A DNA stretch of 64,000 nt from contig NC_086097.1 of assembly GCF_963921235.1 (NCBI RefSeq), forward strand, positions 3,782,001 to 3,846,000, written 5' to 3'. Shown here piece after piece: positions 61,059-64,000 of this stretch. A program made the translations under genes and the position numbers. This stretch comes from Mobula hypostoma. Its lineage: Eukaryota. The notes under the pieces were generated by a model, which did no database searches, was not told where the DNA came from, and saw nothing but the letters and a program-made list of their open reading frames with translations. Each line of letters starts with the position of its first letter. The first letter of the stretch is position 1.

Positions 61059-64000
61059 CATAGGCGGCCTTAGCTATGTTTCACCCGTTTGAACTGAAAC
61101 GGGCCCCGCCCACCCAGGGGCCCCCGACTGACAAGCAAAAATTTAATGCACAGCTCCCAGATGCCACAATATTCTCCTGCTATTGCCAGCCGAACCACCA
61201 GTGGGCACTCACTGACTGACATCTAAGAAAATGCATTAAAATATTTGCTTCACTTGTAAACATTGCTCCTAGCAAAGAAGGCTACTGTTCAATGAGAGGA
61301 AAATGAAACGCTCCTATCCTAGTGGTGCTGAAAAATGGAAAATATTAGACAACAAAACAAAACGTCTGAATAGTCTCCCAAAAGTTACATCTTTCTTTGG
61401 TCCAGCGTCTGTAAAAGGCCCGCCGACTGCAGTTGCTGCTGCACCATCATCACAGCATGGGGCTGCAGTGCCAAGTGACAGTGTAAGCGGTACAGGAGAT
61501 GTTGATAACCAGAGCAATGAAAATGAGAAGAACAATTCTACTCAAACAGATGGTGATAATGATGACCAAACTTTGTTTGATGAACAAGCACCACAGCATG
61601 ATGACAGTCCTACAACTGAGACAGGTGAGGGAGATGTCGCCACCAGCACACCAGACAGAGAGAAAGCCCCACTAACATTCACAGAGACTGATCCGGCACG
61701 TTGGCCAACGCATATTACCAGTGACCAATGGATCGACATTGTTAGGAGAGGTCCCGTTCAGTTAGAGGACATTAACTTTCCGCAGAGCCAATCATGCCAT
61801 CGTTTTACCATGGATAGATATATTATGAAGATGAAAAATGGAGAAACCATTTGTAGGTCATGGTTAGTGTACTCTGAATCATCTGATTCAATCTTTTGTT
61901 TCTGCTGTACCCTATTTGGCAAATGGAATCATAGTCTTACTTGCGGAGGTTTCAGAGTGTGGGAGCGACTCACTCTCACACTCCAGGATCATGAGGAGTC
62001 AAATGCGCACTGTGCCAACATGGATAGCTGGTGCGAGCTGGAAACGCGCTAAAGAACGCACAGTGCCATTGACAGCACGTACCAAGAAATACAAATGCTG
62101 GAAAAAAAACACTTCAATGATGTCATGAAGAGTTTCATTGCCATAATCTGTCACCTTGTAGAACGAAACCTTGCTTTCCGAGGCCACAATTCCACCCTAC
62201 ATGAACCAAATAATGGGAACTTTCTAGGTCTGGTGGAGCTGCTTGCCGAGTTCGACCCAGTGGTGAGCGAACATGTCAGATGAGCAGAGAAAAAAGAGAT
62301 TGCTGACCACTACATGGGGAAAACCATACGAAATGAGTTCATCACACTTATTGGAGACAAGACACTGGAAACGATAACAGAGAGAGTAATACAATCACGT
62401 TACTACTCGGTGATAATGGACTGCACCACTGACGCTGCACACATAGAGCAGCTCTCTGTGACACTGCGCATTGTCACATGCCAAGTAAATGTCGGAGCCA
62501 CTGTTAGTGAGCATTTTGTCGGTTTCCTACCAGTGCTTGACACAACAGGTGCAGGCCTAACCAACATTTTCTTAACGCATATGGAGAAGCTAGGATTAGA
62601 TATCTCAAAATGCAGGGGCAGGCATATGATAACAGGAGCAATATGCAGGGGCAAAATAGCCAGGTGCAGAAGGGGGAGCTAGATATTAACAAACAAGCAC
62701 TGTTCATGCCATGCACCAGCCACAGCCTAAATCTAGTCATTGTCGACGCTGCAAAATCAGCAGTGGAGTCTATGAGCTTCTTTGGGGTGCTGCAACGTCT
62801 ATACACACTGTTCAGCTCATCGACATAGAGATGGGAGCTTTTCAAGGAGAACGTGCCACAGATGACCCTCAAGGCCATATCCAACACGCGATGGGAGTGC
62901 CGCGTGGAAAGTGTGAAAGTTCTGCGCTACCAGCTTCCCGATGTTGGCAATGCGCTCCTGTCACTGATTGAACATGCCACACAGAAAGGTGACAGTGAAA
63001 CCACATCTGCAGCCAGAGGCCTAGAACAGGAGATCATGTCATGGAAATTCCTGCTGACTGTTATCATCTGGTACAATGTTTTACATGAGGTGAATCGTGT
63101 CAGCTAGCTACTCCAGAGCCCACAAGTGGGAATCAATGTGCTACAGCGCGAGGTGGAATATGTTCTGAAATTTCTCAAGGAATACAGAGAGAACGGCCTT
63201 TCATCCACCCAAACAGATGCCAGAGACGTAGCTGAAGAGATAGGAATGCTAATGGTCTTTCCTACTGCACGAATCAGAAAACCAAAACGCCAGTTTCACT
63301 ACGAGTCCCAAAGTGCAGATCATTCCCTGACAGTGGTACCCGAGGAATGGTACAAGAAAGAAGTTTTCCTTCCACTAGTGGACTCTGCCATCACAGGCAT
63401 TAATGAGCGCTTCAAGCTGATGGAGTCATTTTACAATCTGTTTGGCTTCATTTATGGAAGAGAGGAGATGAAAAAAGCCACCCAAAGTCGCACACTGAAA
63501 GACAGCTGCGTAAACATGGAGAGGACACTTGGTGATGTGGAAGCTGAGGACCTTTTGCGCGAGGTGTCGGCTGCTGTCAGTGCCGTGCCTGCAAAAGAAA
63601 CCACTGGCCTGCAGATTCTGAGCTACATTTACAGCAACAATCTGGTTGAACTGCATCCTAACTTCACCTTTGCTCTAAGACTCATGCTGACAGTGCTTGT
63701 GACTGTGGCGAGTGGAGAGAGAAGATTTTCGAGGCTAAAGCTCATCAAAACGCATCTGAGGACGACCATGCTCCAGGAGCGTCTGTCAGCTCTTGCTCAG
63801 ATATCAATTGAGTGTGAAATAACAAGATCGCTGGACAAAGATGAGCTCATTAAAGCATTCTCAGCCAGCACTCAAGCACAGGAGGGTGGTGAAGTTCTAG
63901 TGGTAAGTCTTTTAACACATTTTTAGCAGAAATAAAGTTTATAATTAAAATAATAAAATAAACCACGTATTTCACTCAAAATGTGTATAGGCAATTAGGC
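61059..64000 (+). mobile_element. hAT DNA transposon (Tip100/ZMYM1-like), right end outside the window
   Basis: Abruptly interrupts a CR1 after ctcaccag and begins CATAGGCGGCCTTAG with a GC-rich subterminal region. The transposase follows. Confidence 0.88.
61303..63926 (+). pseudogene. hAT transposase pseudogene (about 870 codons; TTF-type zinc finger, DUF4371-like region, C-terminal dimerisation domain)
   Basis: Motifs RSWLVYS..FCFCC, NLAFRGH..GNFLGLVELLAEFD, MDCTTD, GQAYDN, CTSHSLN, TRW and SGERRFSRLKLIKTHLRTTMLQERLSALA. In-frame stops at 62050, 62281, 62826 and 63105, plus one frameshift near 62615. Confidence 0.92.

Noticed and set aside
61303..63926. Host ZMYM1-like gene
   Set aside because: It is intronless with four stops and a frameshift, and it lies inside an element that interrupts a CR1, so it is a transposase pseudogene.
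1..64000. CRISPR array, rRNA or true tRNA genes
   Set aside because: No regularly spaced repeat-spacer array and no rRNA similarity seen. The tRNA-like boxes belong to SINE heads and the Gypsy PBS.

Overview
Repeat-dominated eukaryotic genomic DNA. The CR1/Penelope/V-SINE landscape resembles a cartilaginous fish, probably a ray (inference from repeat content only). There is no prokaryotic operon or CRISPR array. The only host gene I can support is the 5' part of a + strand DUF4200 coiled-coil gene (CCDC197 / CCDC42-homolog type). Its four coding exons (21136-21245, 43285-43327, 46742-46918, 50087-50244) splice in phase into 162 codons, and the rest of the gene probably lies beyond the window. 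The first two exons are not recovered by the ORF track. Nearly all other ORFs are pieces of decayed transposons: nested CR1 LINEs, plus L1, L2 and Rex1/Babar fragments, a Tc1, a Tigger, hAT MITEs, a near-complete hAT transposase pseudogene, an RT-less Gypsy and solo LTRs. The most interesting non-coding signal is a family of very short Penelope-type insertions. They carry a minimal type-I hammerhead ribozyme (AGTC-CTGACGA-AGGGTCTCGGCC[C/T]-GAAAC-GTC-GACT), three have 13-15 bp target duplications, and several are fold-back palindromes. Penelope hammerheads are a known class, and I cannot tell without a search whether this family is described. Repeat boundaries are read by eye and are approximate unless a TSD or TIR is quoted.
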